A DNA stretch of 64,000 nucleotides from Pelagomonas calceolata (taxonomy: Eukaryota). Position 1 is the stretch's first letter. Every line of letters starts with the position of its first letter. The stretch is taken from assembly GCA_918797485.1 (NCBI GenBank), contig CAKKNE010000006.1, positions 1,550,001 through 1,614,000 of the forward strand, read 5' to 3'. Under the pieces are notes generated by a model, which ran no database searches, was not told where the DNA came from, and was given only the letters and a program-made list of their open reading frames with translations. Shown here piece by piece: positions 1 to 10,673 of the stretch. Position numbers and translations under genes: made by a program.

Positions 1-2314
1 AAAGTTTTCGTTTGTTGTCCAAGGCCTACGACGTCCTCAGCGATCAGGAGCGGCGTAAGTACTACGACCGCACGGGCCGCCCGGAACGCACGGCGGAGGA
101 CGACTTCCTCGACTGCTTCGGCAAGAAGACCACGGAGACCCCGAAGCGCGACGAGAGCGCCGCGCTCGCGCAGCGCCTCGACGCGTCGCACGAAGAGTCG
201 CACGCCACGTCCTTCGAGGCGTGGATGCGGAGCCGTCGCCCGCGGTGTCCTGATCTGGTGGAGGCGATGGCGCCTTCGCGAGACCACGTCGCCGTCGGCG
301 TGCCGTCAGAGAGTCAACGTGAACCTGACGTGGTCGCGTCGATGGCGTCGACGCGGTGCCGCGTCGCCGCGACGCCGTCGACGCGGCCACACGAGAGTCC
401 CCGCGCCTCGCGAACGAACACGACGGTATCAAATCAAACGCAGGCAACGGCGAGAGCATGGTCGTCACGACGGAAAGCCTCCTCAACGACAAGAAGAACA
501 TCGCCGCGGACTCCTACGAGAAGGTCCTGCTGCCGCGGGTGCGTTCCACCACGATCCGCGTCACTCCGTCCATCGCGAAGGGCGACCTACTAAAACGAGC
601 GGCGCAGCGCACCGAGGTCCACTACCGCAAGCTCCCCAAGCATTTGGACTGGAAGGAGTGCCTCGTCAACGTCCGGAGTGCGCCGCTCACCTTACCGGAT
701 CTGCGGAACGCCGCGGACTCTTCATTGGAATTGGGCTGCTCTTGTGTCGGTGTTGTGGAGACCGTGGGGCCCGGCACGTCGTTATTGAAGGAGAGCGACT
801 GGGTCGTGCCCCTATCTGACACGATGGGCACCTTTTCTTCCTTACGCGTTTGGGACGAGAAAGATTTATTGAAGATAGAGAGAGACGTCATGCCCGTCGA
901 GTACGCGGCTTTATGGAGAGAGTTAGCGTTGGCCTACCATCTCCTGGAGACGGAGGCTTCCGAGCTCAAAGCGGGCGACGCTGTCCTGATAAGTGCGGCG
1001 AACGGGGCCGTCGGCCAGATCTTGATTCAATTATGCAGACTCGTGAAGCTCCGAACGTTATGTATTGTACGAAAGTCCGACGCCTTCGAGGACACGAAGG
1101 CGTGGCTCGAGTTCCTGGGCGCGGCGCGCGTGTTCTGTTACGAGGACGTTATTGCCGACGAACTGAAGCGGGAACATTCGTCACTGCCGAAGCTGGCCTT
1201 CGACGGTGTTGGTGGTTCTTCTAGTTTGGTATTGGCGGAGGCGTTGGCTCCGGGTGGAAGCGTCGTGACCTACGGCTCGTTGGCTCCGGTGCGCGGCGAC
1301 TGGAGCGTATTAGCGCGGAACCGTATTACGGTGAGCGGCTTTTCTCTGCTCAGTTGGCTGAAGGAGGATCGTAAAAACAGAGACAAGCTGAAGACGATAC
1401 TGACACAAGTGGCGAAGCTCGTCAACGCCCAGAAGCTGCGCGTCTCGACGACGGACGCGCCGTTGCACGCGTTCCACCGGGCGCTGTCGTCCCTGGAGCC
1501 GAACACGAAGGTCGTCTTCGCGATGCCGTCGCTCCAGGAGGAATTGACGCGCGAGGCCGCGCGGAAGCAATCCATGCGGCGCGAGAAGGAGCTCCAGAGG
1601 GAGCGCGCCCTCGCGTTGGACGCGGCGGCCTCGAGGCTCTTCGCTTCGCCTAGCTCGTCGTCAAAAGTAGACCAAGCTTTGGTCATCGACTGCCCTTCAC
1701 CGACGTCGACGCTGATCTGGTGCCACGGCAACGGCGAGCTCGCCCAGGAGTACGCGCCCATGTTCCGCAAGGTCTTTTCTCCAATGAACGTCAAGGTCGT
1801 CATGCCGGCGCCGCCCACTTCCTCCGATTCGCAGAAGTGGTTCGATCTTGAGGATTTGAGTTGGTCCAAGGTCATCGGAGGGTCGTGCGCGACGGAGGCG
1901 GATTTGAGCGTACTAGAACAGATCGACGCGGGCGCGGCGAAAGTAGCGGCGCTCGTGGAACAAGAAGCGAATGGTGTCTACGTGAGCGGCTTCGCGCAGG
2001 GGGGCTGCGTCGCTTTATATGCGGCGCTGTGCCGCGCGCGGACGGCCGGCGCGATGAGCCTGGGCGGGCCGCCGGTGCGCGTCGAGGTGTTGAAGGCCAA
2101 GGCCCGCTTCCCTACTACTCCGGTGCGGCTCCTTTGCGGCTCGGACGACGAGGCCTTCTCCGTCCAGTCTTGCGAGAGCGTCGTGGGCGGGTTGTCCGAG
2201 ATTGTGCCCGACGCGCGTTTGGAGGTCGTGGCGGGCGGCCGCCACGACGTGTCGTTGACCGAGGTCGAGGCGCTGGCCGCCGCGGTCAAGGCGTGCGCGA
2301 AGCCGTCGCAGTGA
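1..2314 (+). CDS. 5'-truncated DnaJ-domain + MDR/trans-2-enoyl-CoA reductase (MECR-like) + alpha/beta-hydrolase (acyl-protein thioesterase-like) fusion protein; exons <1..234 and 444..2314
   Basis: FRLLSKAYDVLSDQERRKYYDRTG is the end of a J-domain. A GT..AG intron at 235-443 joins ORF 12.. in frame to ORF 356.. (WMRS-R-NGESM). The MDR part shows VGVVETVGPG, GDAVLISAANGAVGQ and LAFDGVGG. The hydrolase part shows IWCHGNG, GFAQGG, GSDD and GGRH. Confidence 0.8.
235..443 (+). other. 209-nt spliceosomal intron, introner-element-like, with internal CpG-rich hairpin
   Basis: GT at 235 and ...aaatcaaacgcAG at 443. Removal restores the reading frame. Stem 330-350 pairs with 370-390. The donor could alternatively be the same-phase GT at 247. 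Confidence 0.7.
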
Positions 2315-2535
2315 TCCCCGCTAGATAGCTCCCCCGACCCTCCCCCCTATGTAATGCGTATTACGGTAGGGGCTCTTGGCGGGCACCGTCGCGCGGCTTC
2401 TAGCGCGTGTTCGGGGAACGCGACGACCCGAAGATAACTCGAAGCTAGCGTGTGTGGACACACTAGGCAGCAGCTCGGAGACTCGGCGGCAGGAGCAGCT
2501 TTGTAGAGGCGAAGCGGCGCTCCGCCGCGCTCTTA

Positions 2536-4142
2536 ATGCCAAGAAGGAAGGCAGCAGCCGCCGAGGAAGAATCCTCGGAGCCGGCTGCCACCAACAGTGC
2601 CGCGCGGCGTCGAATCTAGCTCTCCTGCTCTTCGGCCCCGACCCCCGCGCGCGCGCAGGCGACAAGCGGGAGAGCGAGGCCGCCGACCCCGGCGCACCGC
2701 CCAAGCGGCAGAAGACCGCCTCCCCCTCCCCCTCCCCCTCCCCGCCCCCCTCCCCCTCCGCCGCCAAAAAAGCCATGGCCGAGGCAGCCGAGGAGGCGCC
2801 CGCCGAGGAGGCGCCCGCGGCCCCGGAGCCCGAGGCCGCCGCCGCGGCCGAGCCCGCGCCGACGGAGGAGGCCCCGCCCGCCCCTATCGTGGAATCCACG
2901 GACCCGACGCCCGCTGAGGCCGCCGCTTTGGAAGCGGCCGGCGAGGCGCCGCCGCCGCCTCCCGCCCAGTACGGCAGCCCGCCGCAAGATGGCATGTACC
3001 AGCAGCCGGCCGTCTATAATGTCGCTCCGATGGCCCAGTATACCATACAAGCTCTGGCTGGTCGCACCGTCGAGTTCAAATTATTGCTGCCGCACGCGGC
3101 TTGTGGGATCGTGATCGGCAAGGGCGGCGCCATGGTCTCGCATATTAGGGATGCGTCGGGGTGTCAAGTAGATGTGCAAGAATCTCCCGCGCCGCCGCCG
3201 ATGGCTGGTGGGGTCCAGGGCGGCTCCGAGCGCATCATTACGTTATCAGGCGACTTCGGGAGTGTTTATGCTGCTTTTCAAATGGTTTTACAACATCTCG
3301 CGGCGGCGCAGCCGGCCGACCCTCTACTGACGACGAGACCGCCTGGTTCGGTAGAAGCTGTAGTATTGGTGCCGAGGAACAAGACGGGCGGCTTGATTGG
3401 TCGAGGCGGCGCCTCGATCAACCGCGTCAGGCAGGACTCGGGCGCCACGGTCAAGGTGGGAGCCCCTGAAGACGTTGTGGCCGGGGATCCAGACGTCCGG
3501 AAGTGCATCGTGAGCGGCGCGGTAGAGCAGGTCATGGCCGCCTTTACGTTGATCGTGCACAAATTGGAAGAGACGCCGGCGGGAGCAGCTCGCGCCGCGG
3601 ACGCGCCGCCGATGGCGCAGGGCTACGCGCAAAATCCGTACGTGCAGCAGTACCCGCAAGGGGCCATGCCGGCTCAATTAGCCCCGGGGACCATGCCCGT
3701 GCAGTTCCAGGTACCTAATGAAAGCATGGGCGCCGTGATTGGGAGAGCTGGTGCGACGATCAATCAGATCCGAAGCATGTCGGGTGCGAAGGTCGACATT
3801 GCCCAGTCCGTGCCGGGCATGCCCATGCGTTTGGTCACCGTAACAGGAACCCCAGACCAGATCCAGATGGCGCAGTACTTGATTCAAGTGAAGATGGGCG
3901 GCGGTTCATTACCTGCGGCTGGAGCGCAGTTGGCCGCGGGGAGCTACGACCCGTCCCAGGTCGCGCAGCAGCAGCAGCAGGCGGCAGCTCTCCAGCAGCA
4001 GATGATCCAGGCGCAGCAGCAGCAGTACGCGCAGAACCCGGAAATGTACCGCCAGCAGGTGGCCCAACAACAGGCGATGCTGGCCCAGCAGCAGCAGCAG
4101 ATGCAGGCGGGCGGCTACCAGTACCCGGCGCAGCAGTTTTAG
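2536..4142 (+). CDS. Triple-KH-domain RNA-binding protein (PCBP/Nova-like) with Q-rich tail; exons 2536..2596 and 2659..4142
   Basis: Three GxxIGxxG KH motifs (GIVIGKGGA, GGLIGRGGA, GAVIGRAGA). ATG 2536 (MPRRKAAAAEEE) is joined in frame through a 62-nt GT..AG intron at 2597-2658 to the NLS-like PPKRQK segment. Confidence 0.85.
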
Positions 4143-4425
4143 AGGTTGTGATGAATGTGTCCCCTCCCTCCTCCTCACCGCGCCGCGCGAAGCACCACGG
4201 CCGACCCGCCTCCAATTCTATAGCGTCCTCCTCCCCCGGGGCGCGACCTAACGACAACGTTAGGATTTACCGGCGGCGTTGTGACGCACGTGTGCCCCGG
4301 GGCGTAACGCGTCCCAGTTGCCGGCTGTGCGGCTGCGGCTGCGCGTGAGTCCCTGGCTTGAAATCTACACGACGCGCCCGCGAGGTTCCCGGGGACACAA
4401 AAAACGGTGACTTACAGGGGGGGGA

Positions 4426-6067
4426 TCACGCGCGCCCCGCCGCGAGTGGCGACGCGGGTCCTTCGACGTCGACGTCCTCCTCGGCCACCTTCAGGCCCAG
4501 CCGCGATCCCAGCGACGAGAGACGCCTCCCCAAAGTCCGCTTCTGGTGCTTGACCAGATCCTGCAACACCTCCCGCTCTCGTTTTACATCAACATATATA
4601 AGATAGGCGCCCGTGGCCAGGGCGCTTACGAGCAACCCCATAAGTGCCCACCCGACGGCCTCCGAGTCCCTTCGATACGTTCCCTCGTGGACCAGCACCG
4701 CGAGCTGCGTCAAGACTAAAATCCAGCACAGGAGCTCGGCCAATCTATCGTCCGCGTCCACCGAGAACGGCTTGTAGGTGACATACAATTTCAGCGACGC
4801 GAGCGCTATGGTCAAAGATAGAGCGATCTGCAGCACCGGCCGGAACGGGAACAATAACGGAGCCAGGCCCCCCGTCAGTAACCGTCGGATACACTCCCAG
4901 ACCTCCCAGAGGTAGTGCTGCGGCTCGTACGGCCCCCAGAGCATCGACGACGACCTTAGCCTCGTGTCCGCGAGTCTCTGACTTTGTGCGGCCTCGAGCC
5001 GCTCCTCGTCGTGTTTCCGCGCGCGCTTTCCATCAATGATGGGATCCAAGCCGTCCCGATCTTTTCGCAACAGGTAGAAATAAAACAAAGGCACGCCGAG
5101 CGGGTACGCGAATACACATATGATAGCATACGCCCTGTTCCAGTAATGTTGGGACGAGCCGCACCGGACGCCATAGTCCGCCCTTAAATACTGCGAGGAA
5201 CCGACGATGAAAGCGCCCCGCGGGGCACGTCTCGCAGAAGTAGCGCGCCGCGCCGCTCCGGCTAAAGTCGCAGCCGCGGCCGTCCTCTATACTATCAAAG
5301 CGCGACGGCGTTAGTGTAACGCCGTCCCAGATGCGCGTGCCGTTCGATTTGATGATGATTCTGGGGACGTAGGCGTCGTCTCGGTCGAAGATATCCGTCC
5401 AGTTCCCGGCGAGCTCCACCGCTTTTAGGGTTGCGTTGCCGGCGTCCCACGGCGGGTCGTACGACGCCACGAGCCAGTCATCGTTTGTGGAATCTATCGC
5501 GAGCCACGCGGCGACAGACCCGACCCGCTGCGCCAGCGTTTTTGATGGACTGAGCGCGAAGGCGACCTTGGCGCCCGACAGCGATATGGGTGTGATATCA
5601 TTCAAGGTCGTGGCCAGTACTTGCAATCCCGTCCCGACGGCGCGCCGCAGCATGGCATCGAGCTGCGTCGCGAGGGGCAAATTCTCAACGTCGACGACGG
5701 CGCCGATCGCGCGCCAATCATAAACGGCGGCCAGATCCACCAAGGCTTGGAGGCGGTGGCGGGGCTGCGGTCCGAGGCGGTAGTAGCTTCCTTCTTCCGT
5801 AGAACGCGTTGTGAGTAACGTGAGGTTCAAATCCGAGGCGCTTTGTGCGGCGACTTCAAGAAGTGTCCCGGTGAGCGGCGTGACGATGCCCCGCAGGCCG
5901 TCGAGGTCGCCGCACGCCGCCGCGGTCTCGCAGAAATGCGGTGTGACATCGTAACGCTGCGCCGCGTGCATGAAGACGGCGTAGGTGTCGTCCTCGATAT
6001 CACCTAACCACCCAACCTTCGTGGAGACGCAGGTGCCGGCCAGGAGGAGGGTGGAGAGCAGCATCAT
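4426..6067 (-). pseudogene. Disrupted receptor-like gene: signal peptide + periplasmic-binding/ANF-receptor-like domain + Cys motif, joined out of frame to the C-terminal half of a multi-TM domain
   Basis: ORF 6067 has a signal peptide, YYRLGPQPRHRLQALVDLAAVYDWRAIGAVVD and CETCPAG. At ~5215 the sequence switches frame into QYLRADYGVRC...YPLGVP...LWGPYEPQHYLWEVWECIRRL plus TM helices. The TM helices expected upstream of YLRADY are absent. Confidence 0.55.
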
Positions 6068-6524
6068 GTGTCGAGCCGTGCTCGCGGGCTGCCCGACGCG
6101 CGCGGGCTGCTGCTGTCCGGTGGTCGGACGTGAAGGCTTTCACTGTCTGAGCTGTCAACTGCAGAGCACGCGCTCTCTAGACCACACTAATTGCCAAAGC
6201 ACACTGGAGGCCACTGCCTCTGCTCGACCCCCTATCCCCCGATACTTCCGTACACTACGTACAACGGCCTTGCGAGGCTTCGTTCAAAAGCTGGAAGGTC
6301 GTTTGGCGTGGTCCTAGTAGCTCTATCCCTAGCTTGGCTTTGCGGGCTTAAGCTTAGGAGAGGCACAGCGGTGCGCTCCTACTGTTTATGCGCCTGGGAG
6401 CAAGTGTTGCATCGCTGTTGCATTGCTGAGATAGCTGTGGATCGCAAGTTGCTCTGGCATTGCTGCAGGACACTGACTGCAGACAGGCTGTCTGCAGGAC
6501 ACACTGCAGACAGCTGTGCACACG

Positions 6525-7133
6525 ATGGCGGTCGGGACGCGCGCCCGCGAGAAGAATGGTGAAGAGTGGCGCCGCCAGGTCGGCTGGCTCTACCCGGCGC
6601 GGGACATCCACCGGAGATTTGAAAGAAGCCCGCGCGAGCGGGAGGGCAAGCCGCTCGCGTGGTGGCGCCTCGTCGGGCCCGAGACGCGCTGCCCGCTGCG
6701 CTGGCGGCGGGACCTGAAAACGGTGAGTGTCTACGCGCTGTCCTCGCTGACTTTTGGGCTGTGCGGCCTCGCCGCATTTTATACCTTCGGCGCGCCGCGC
6801 TTTGACATGTTGTTGTTGTGCGCCGTGGCAGTGACGAGCTGGCAGGCCGACGTGACGTACCTGGGCATCGATCATGGGTGGAGGACGCTCGACACGGTGC
6901 TTGCCGTCATGTTGGTAATGCGGTACGTGGCCCTTGCGTTAAGGCGCCTCGCCCTCGCGTCCTGGGCGCACGGCGCCGCGTTCCCGCCCTTCGTCCTCTC
7001 GCTCCTGTGCTTCCTGCGGTCGCAGCGATCGAATAATTTCAAGACGCGCGCGCGGCTCCAGGCGTGCTGGCACTTCGCGCTCCAGGCGAGCCTGTTGTTG
7101 TTGCTGCGGGCCGAGGAGTCGTTTGTCACTTAA
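6525..7133 (+). CDS. Multi-pass membrane protein of unknown function (weak CREST-superfamily-like motifs)
   Basis: About 5 hydrophobic helices, with TSWQADVTYLG..H.W..LD and a terminal QACWHF. Confidence 0.6.
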   Translation: MAVGTRAREKNGEEWRRQVGWLYPARDIHRRFERSPREREGKPLAWWRLVGPETRCPLRWRRDLKTVSVYALSSLTFGLCGLAAFYTFGAPRFDMLLLCAVAVTSWQADVTYLGIDHGWRTLDTVLAVMLVMRYVALALRRLALASWAHGAAFPPFVLSLLCFLRSQRSNNFKTRARLQACWHFALQASLLLLLRAEESFVT

Positions 7134-7145
7134 GCCAGTTGTTTG

Positions 7146-8108
7146 TTATGCCCGGAAGTTCTTCGGCCGCGGCGGCAGCTTCTCGAGGGGCTGTCCTTCG
7201 CCCCTCAAAAGCCGCTCGAGGTTCTCCTTCGCGATCTGGACGCGCTTCGTCTGGATGGCCTCGCGCATGCGGTCGGCCGTCGTGGGCTTGCCCTTGAGGC
7301 GCGGCTCGGCGGCGGCGGGCTTTTTGAAGGGCCGGCGGCGCGCGATCGGCTTCGGCTTCGGCGCCGCTTGTTTTGTGGGCGACCGCGCCGCGCCGACGAT
7401 CGTGCCCCGCGGGATGCGCGCGGGCGCCGGCGCCGCGACCGGTTTTGCTGGCGCCTTTGCCGGCGCCTTCGCGGCGCGCCCGGGCGGGACCGGCGGCGGC
7501 CGGCGCGGCCGCGGGGGCGCCGCCTCCGTCGCCGCGGGCGCGGCGTCGCCGTCGTCCAGGATGCCGCCGCGTGGCGCGCGCCGCGGCGCCGGCGCCGCGT
7601 CGGCCGCGCCGTCGTCCAGTACCGGCGCCGGCGCCGTCGTCGGATGAGCGCCGCCGTCGTCAGTGCCGCGCGCGGGATCGGCGTCGCCGCCGTCGTCCAG
7701 CACGCCACCGCGCCGCCGGGGCGACACCGCGCGCGCGGCCGGGCCCTCGTCGTCGCTTTCGCTGTCGCTGGCCGCCGGCGGCGGCGCCCGGGCCTCCATC
7801 AATGGCACCACATCGTCATCGTCGCCGTCGCAGAGGAGGCCGCGCCGCGCGGCCGGCGCCGCGGGCAGGCCCGGCGCGGGCGCGGGCGCCGCCGCGAACG
7901 CCGGATCGTTGTCGAACGCCGGCACGTAGTTCGCGTGGAAGTCGACCTGCTCCCTGATCAGCGTCTGGTACTGCGCCGCCGACTCGTCGACGGTCGTCTG
8001 CGCCTCCTCGGCGGTGGCGCGCACGGCCGCGAGGCGGGCAGCCAGGCTGTGCTCCTTACTTTCGTCGTTTTCGTCGGGGGTGGCACCCTCGACGCGGAAG
8101 AGCGACAT
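7146..8108 (-). CDS. Low-complexity Ala/Pro-rich hypothetical protein with internal (RRGG)(V/I)LDDG repeats
   Basis: 320-aa ATG-initiated ORF with strong GC3 bias. Coiled-coil-like termini. Confidence 0.6.
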   Translation of the reverse strand: MSLFRVEGATPDENDESKEHSLAARLAAVRATAEEAQTTVDESAAQYQTLIREQVDFHANYVPAFDNDPAFAAAPAPAPGLPAAPAARRGLLCDGDDDDVVPLMEARAPPPAASDSESDDEGPAARAVSPRRRGGVLDDGGDADPARGTDDGGAHPTTAPAPVLDDGAADAAPAPRRAPRGGILDDGDAAPAATEAAPPRPRRPPPVPPGRAAKAPAKAPAKPVAAPAPARIPRGTIVGAARSPTKQAAPKPKPIARRRPFKKPAAAEPRLKGKPTTADRMREAIQTKRVQIAKENLERLLRGEGQPLEKLPPRPKNFRA

Positions 8109-8448
8109 GGGGGGTCGTGGAGGGCGGCCCTACAGCCCTTCGGCGACGGCGTAATGGCGCTTCGTAGCGCTTTTACGTCGCGCCGGCAAACGGGCTGCCC
8201 ACGAACGAGGACGGAAGGGAGGCCTGCAAAAGATCCCTGGCTGGGCAGCTAGTGATCCCACGGAGCCCTATGGAGCGGGGGTAGAAATCGGCGCTAGAGT
8301 CTTTGTCACTAGCATTAGGCTTAAAGCTTTTGTACTTCCCCCATGTTTTGTGCTTTTCGCATCCCCGAGTCGACAGCTTTGTCACTCAACCAAGCGTAAC
8401 TCGCTCCGCGCACGCCGCTGCGATCACCTAAGCCAGCACCCTAACACA

Positions 8449-8997
8449 ATGGCCCTACGCGCAGCGCTCTGCTGCGTGCTCGCCCTAAAAGCAACAGCCG
8501 AAGGCCCGGCCGGCGTCGCAGATGACATCTTTGCGGCCGTCCGCCGCGACGACGCCGCGGCGATCGAACGCCTCTACAATGCGGACAAATCAATACTAGA
8601 CAAGACCGGGCCGGGCGGCCAGTCGCCGACGATGCACGGCGTGCTGCAGGGCAAGGCGAAGGCGGTCGCGACGCTCATCAAGCTCGGCGCGGACCTGACG
8701 GTGCCCGAGAAGGACGGCTACACTCCCATGCACGGCGCGGGCTTTCAGGGACGAGCGAAGGTCGCGAAACTCCTGGCGGCGGCGGGCGTCGACGTCAACG
8801 ACGTCCACACCGACGGCTACGCGCCGATCCACCGCGCGTGCTGGGGCACGCAGCAGCGGCACGCCGAGACGGTCGAGGCGATGCTCGCGCTCGGGGCAAC
8901 ACTCGCCGACAAGGCGGCCTGCCGCGCGGCGGCCGACGGCTCGAACGCGTGGACCGCCGGAGTGGTAACGGCGCACTTCGCCCAGGCGGACCTGTGA
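8449..8997 (+). CDS. Ankyrin-repeat protein with signal peptide
   Basis: Signal MALRAALCCVLALKATA. Ankyrin repeats GQSPTMHG, DGYTPMHGAG and DGYAPIHRAC. Ends in ADL. Confidence 0.85.
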   Translation: MALRAALCCVLALKATAEGPAGVADDIFAAVRRDDAAAIERLYNADKSILDKTGPGGQSPTMHGVLQGKAKAVATLIKLGADLTVPEKDGYTPMHGAGFQGRAKVAKLLAAAGVDVNDVHTDGYAPIHRACWGTQQRHAETVEAMLALGATLADKAACRAAADGSNAWTAGVVTAHFAQADL

Positions 8998-9128
8998 TGT
9001 GTGTAAGTAACTAGTACCTTCAATAACACTTTAGGATGCCTGATTGCAGGTCCGGTGCTCGCGACCGGACGTGCGGCCGATGCGGGCGCATCGGCCGGAT
9101 AAAAAAGTAGGCGCCGTCTGCTGGCGAC

Positions 9129-10247
9129 CTAGCGCCGCGGCTGCACGCCGCGCGCCATGAGCTCGACGACGTCGATCTCGCGCGCGTCGAGCGCCGTCGG
9201 CTGCGACCGCGCGCGCGCGTCGTCGTCGTCCTCGCTCGACGACGCCTCGATCGTGTCGGCCGCGAGCGGCCGCCGCCGCCGCCGCTGCGCCGGCGGCGGC
9301 CCCGGCGCCGGCGCCGGCGCCGGCCGCCGCCGCGGGCCCGAGTCGGGCCGCGCGCGCTGCCAGCGCTGCCGCGGCGCCGCGGGCGCCTTGGCCGGCACGA
9401 AGACGTCGGTCTCGCGCCCGACGAACCACGTCTTGCAGGCGTCGCGGTAGGCGTCGCGCGTCGTGTGGCTCTTCTTCGAGACGCCCATGGCCTTGGCGTA
9501 TTCGCAGGCCTCGTTCCAGTCGAGCGCGTCGACGTCCTGCAGCGTCAGGGGCACGCGGCGCAGCACGCGGTCGCGCGCCTTGTCGCGCGACGGCCGGTGC
9601 CGCTTCTTTTTCGGGCGCTGCGGCTCGGCGGGCTGCTGCGGCGGCGGGCCGCCGGGCTGGTAGGGGCCCTGGAGGACGGTGCCGGGCTGCTGCGGCGGCG
9701 GCGCCGTCTGCCGGAAGAGCTCGGAGGACGACACGCCGCGCGCGGCGCCGGCGGCCTGGAGCCGCAGCACCGTCTCGTGGCAGGCCGCGACGTCGCCCGA
9801 GTGCGCCTGGAGGAGGCCCCGCAGCTCGACGTCCGTGAAGCCGGCGTAGATGTCGCCGCGCTCGCGCATGAGGCCCAGCAGGATGCCCTGGACGCGCGGG
9901 TTCGGCGCGGGCGGCACCGGCGGCGTCGGCGGCCAGAGGTTCGGCGGCGGCGCCGCCGCGGGGGCGCCGGCCGGCGGCGCCGGCTGCCACGCGCTCTGCG
10001 TCGGCGGCGCCGCGGGGGCGCCGGCCGGCGGCGCCGGCGGCCCGCTCGCCGCCGGCGACTGCCACGCGCTCTGCGGCGGCGCCGCGGGGGCACCGGCTGT
10101 CGGTGCCGGCTGCCACGCGCTTTGCGGCGGCGCCGCGGGCGCGCCGGCCGGCGGCGCCGGCGGCCCACCGGGCGGCCACACGTCCGGCGGCGGTGCCGCG
10201 GGGGCGCTGGCCGTCGGCGACGTCGGCCCGCCCAGCGCCGCCATCAT
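9129..10247 (-). CDS. Pro-rich repeat protein with CUE/UBA-like helical domain
   Basis: GAPAAPP(T)QSAWQ repeats, then IYAGFTDVELRGLLQAHSGDVAACHETVL, and an NLS-like PKKKRHR. Start placed at MMAALGG. Confidence 0.6.
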   Translation of the reverse strand: MMAALGGPTSPTASAPAAPPPDVWPPGGPPAPPAGAPAAPPQSAWQPAPTAGAPAAPPQSAWQSPAASGPPAPPAGAPAAPPTQSAWQPAPPAGAPAAAPPPNLWPPTPPVPPAPNPRVQGILLGLMRERGDIYAGFTDVELRGLLQAHSGDVAACHETVLRLQAAGAARGVSSSELFRQTAPPPQQPGTVLQGPYQPGGPPPQQPAEPQRPKKKRHRPSRDKARDRVLRRVPLTLQDVDALDWNEACEYAKAMGVSKKSHTTRDAYRDACKTWFVGRETDVFVPAKAPAAPRQRWQRARPDSGPRRRPAPAPAPGPPPAQRRRRRPLAADTIEASSSEDDDDARARSQPTALDAREIDVVELMARGVQPRR

Positions 10248-10673
10248 TGAATGGGCGCGGGCGACAAACAAAGCTTGGATTGACCCCTCAGCCGAAATAT
10301 CGGTTTTTAGTGGCCGCAGCAGGTCCAGCGCTGCGACTTTCGTTCCGTCGCGAGTAAGGGTGTTGCGGCACGCCTTCCGGCGGCAACCTCGCGGCCAAGC
10401 GGCCGCTGCGCGCAACAAGCTTTGCAAAGCAGTCGGGAAGATAAGCAAGTGAGGTCCATGGGCATGGCGCCTGGGCTCGGCGGCGGGACGGCTCCTTCTT
10501 CCTTCAGCCGGGGACCCCTCCCCGTGACGGCTCGGCCCCGAAAAACGCGGCGGCGAGAAACCCACTAGCTGCCCAGCGGACATGGGGGAGCGCGAGTGGC
10601 TATTAGCCCGTGCCTGAGCAGCCCCAGCGGCGTTATGGCTTCGCCGGCATACACGTAAAACCGCTTTGAAACC

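Noticed and set aside
4157..4398. gtgtcccc...ggggacac 8-bp inverted repeat around ~240 bp
   Set aside because: It is too short and has no TSD, so it may be chance in GC-rich DNA.
6461..6520. CTGCAG-rich short repeats and hairpin upstream of the 6525 gene
   Set aside because: It is low-complexity, occurs once, and supports no functional inference.
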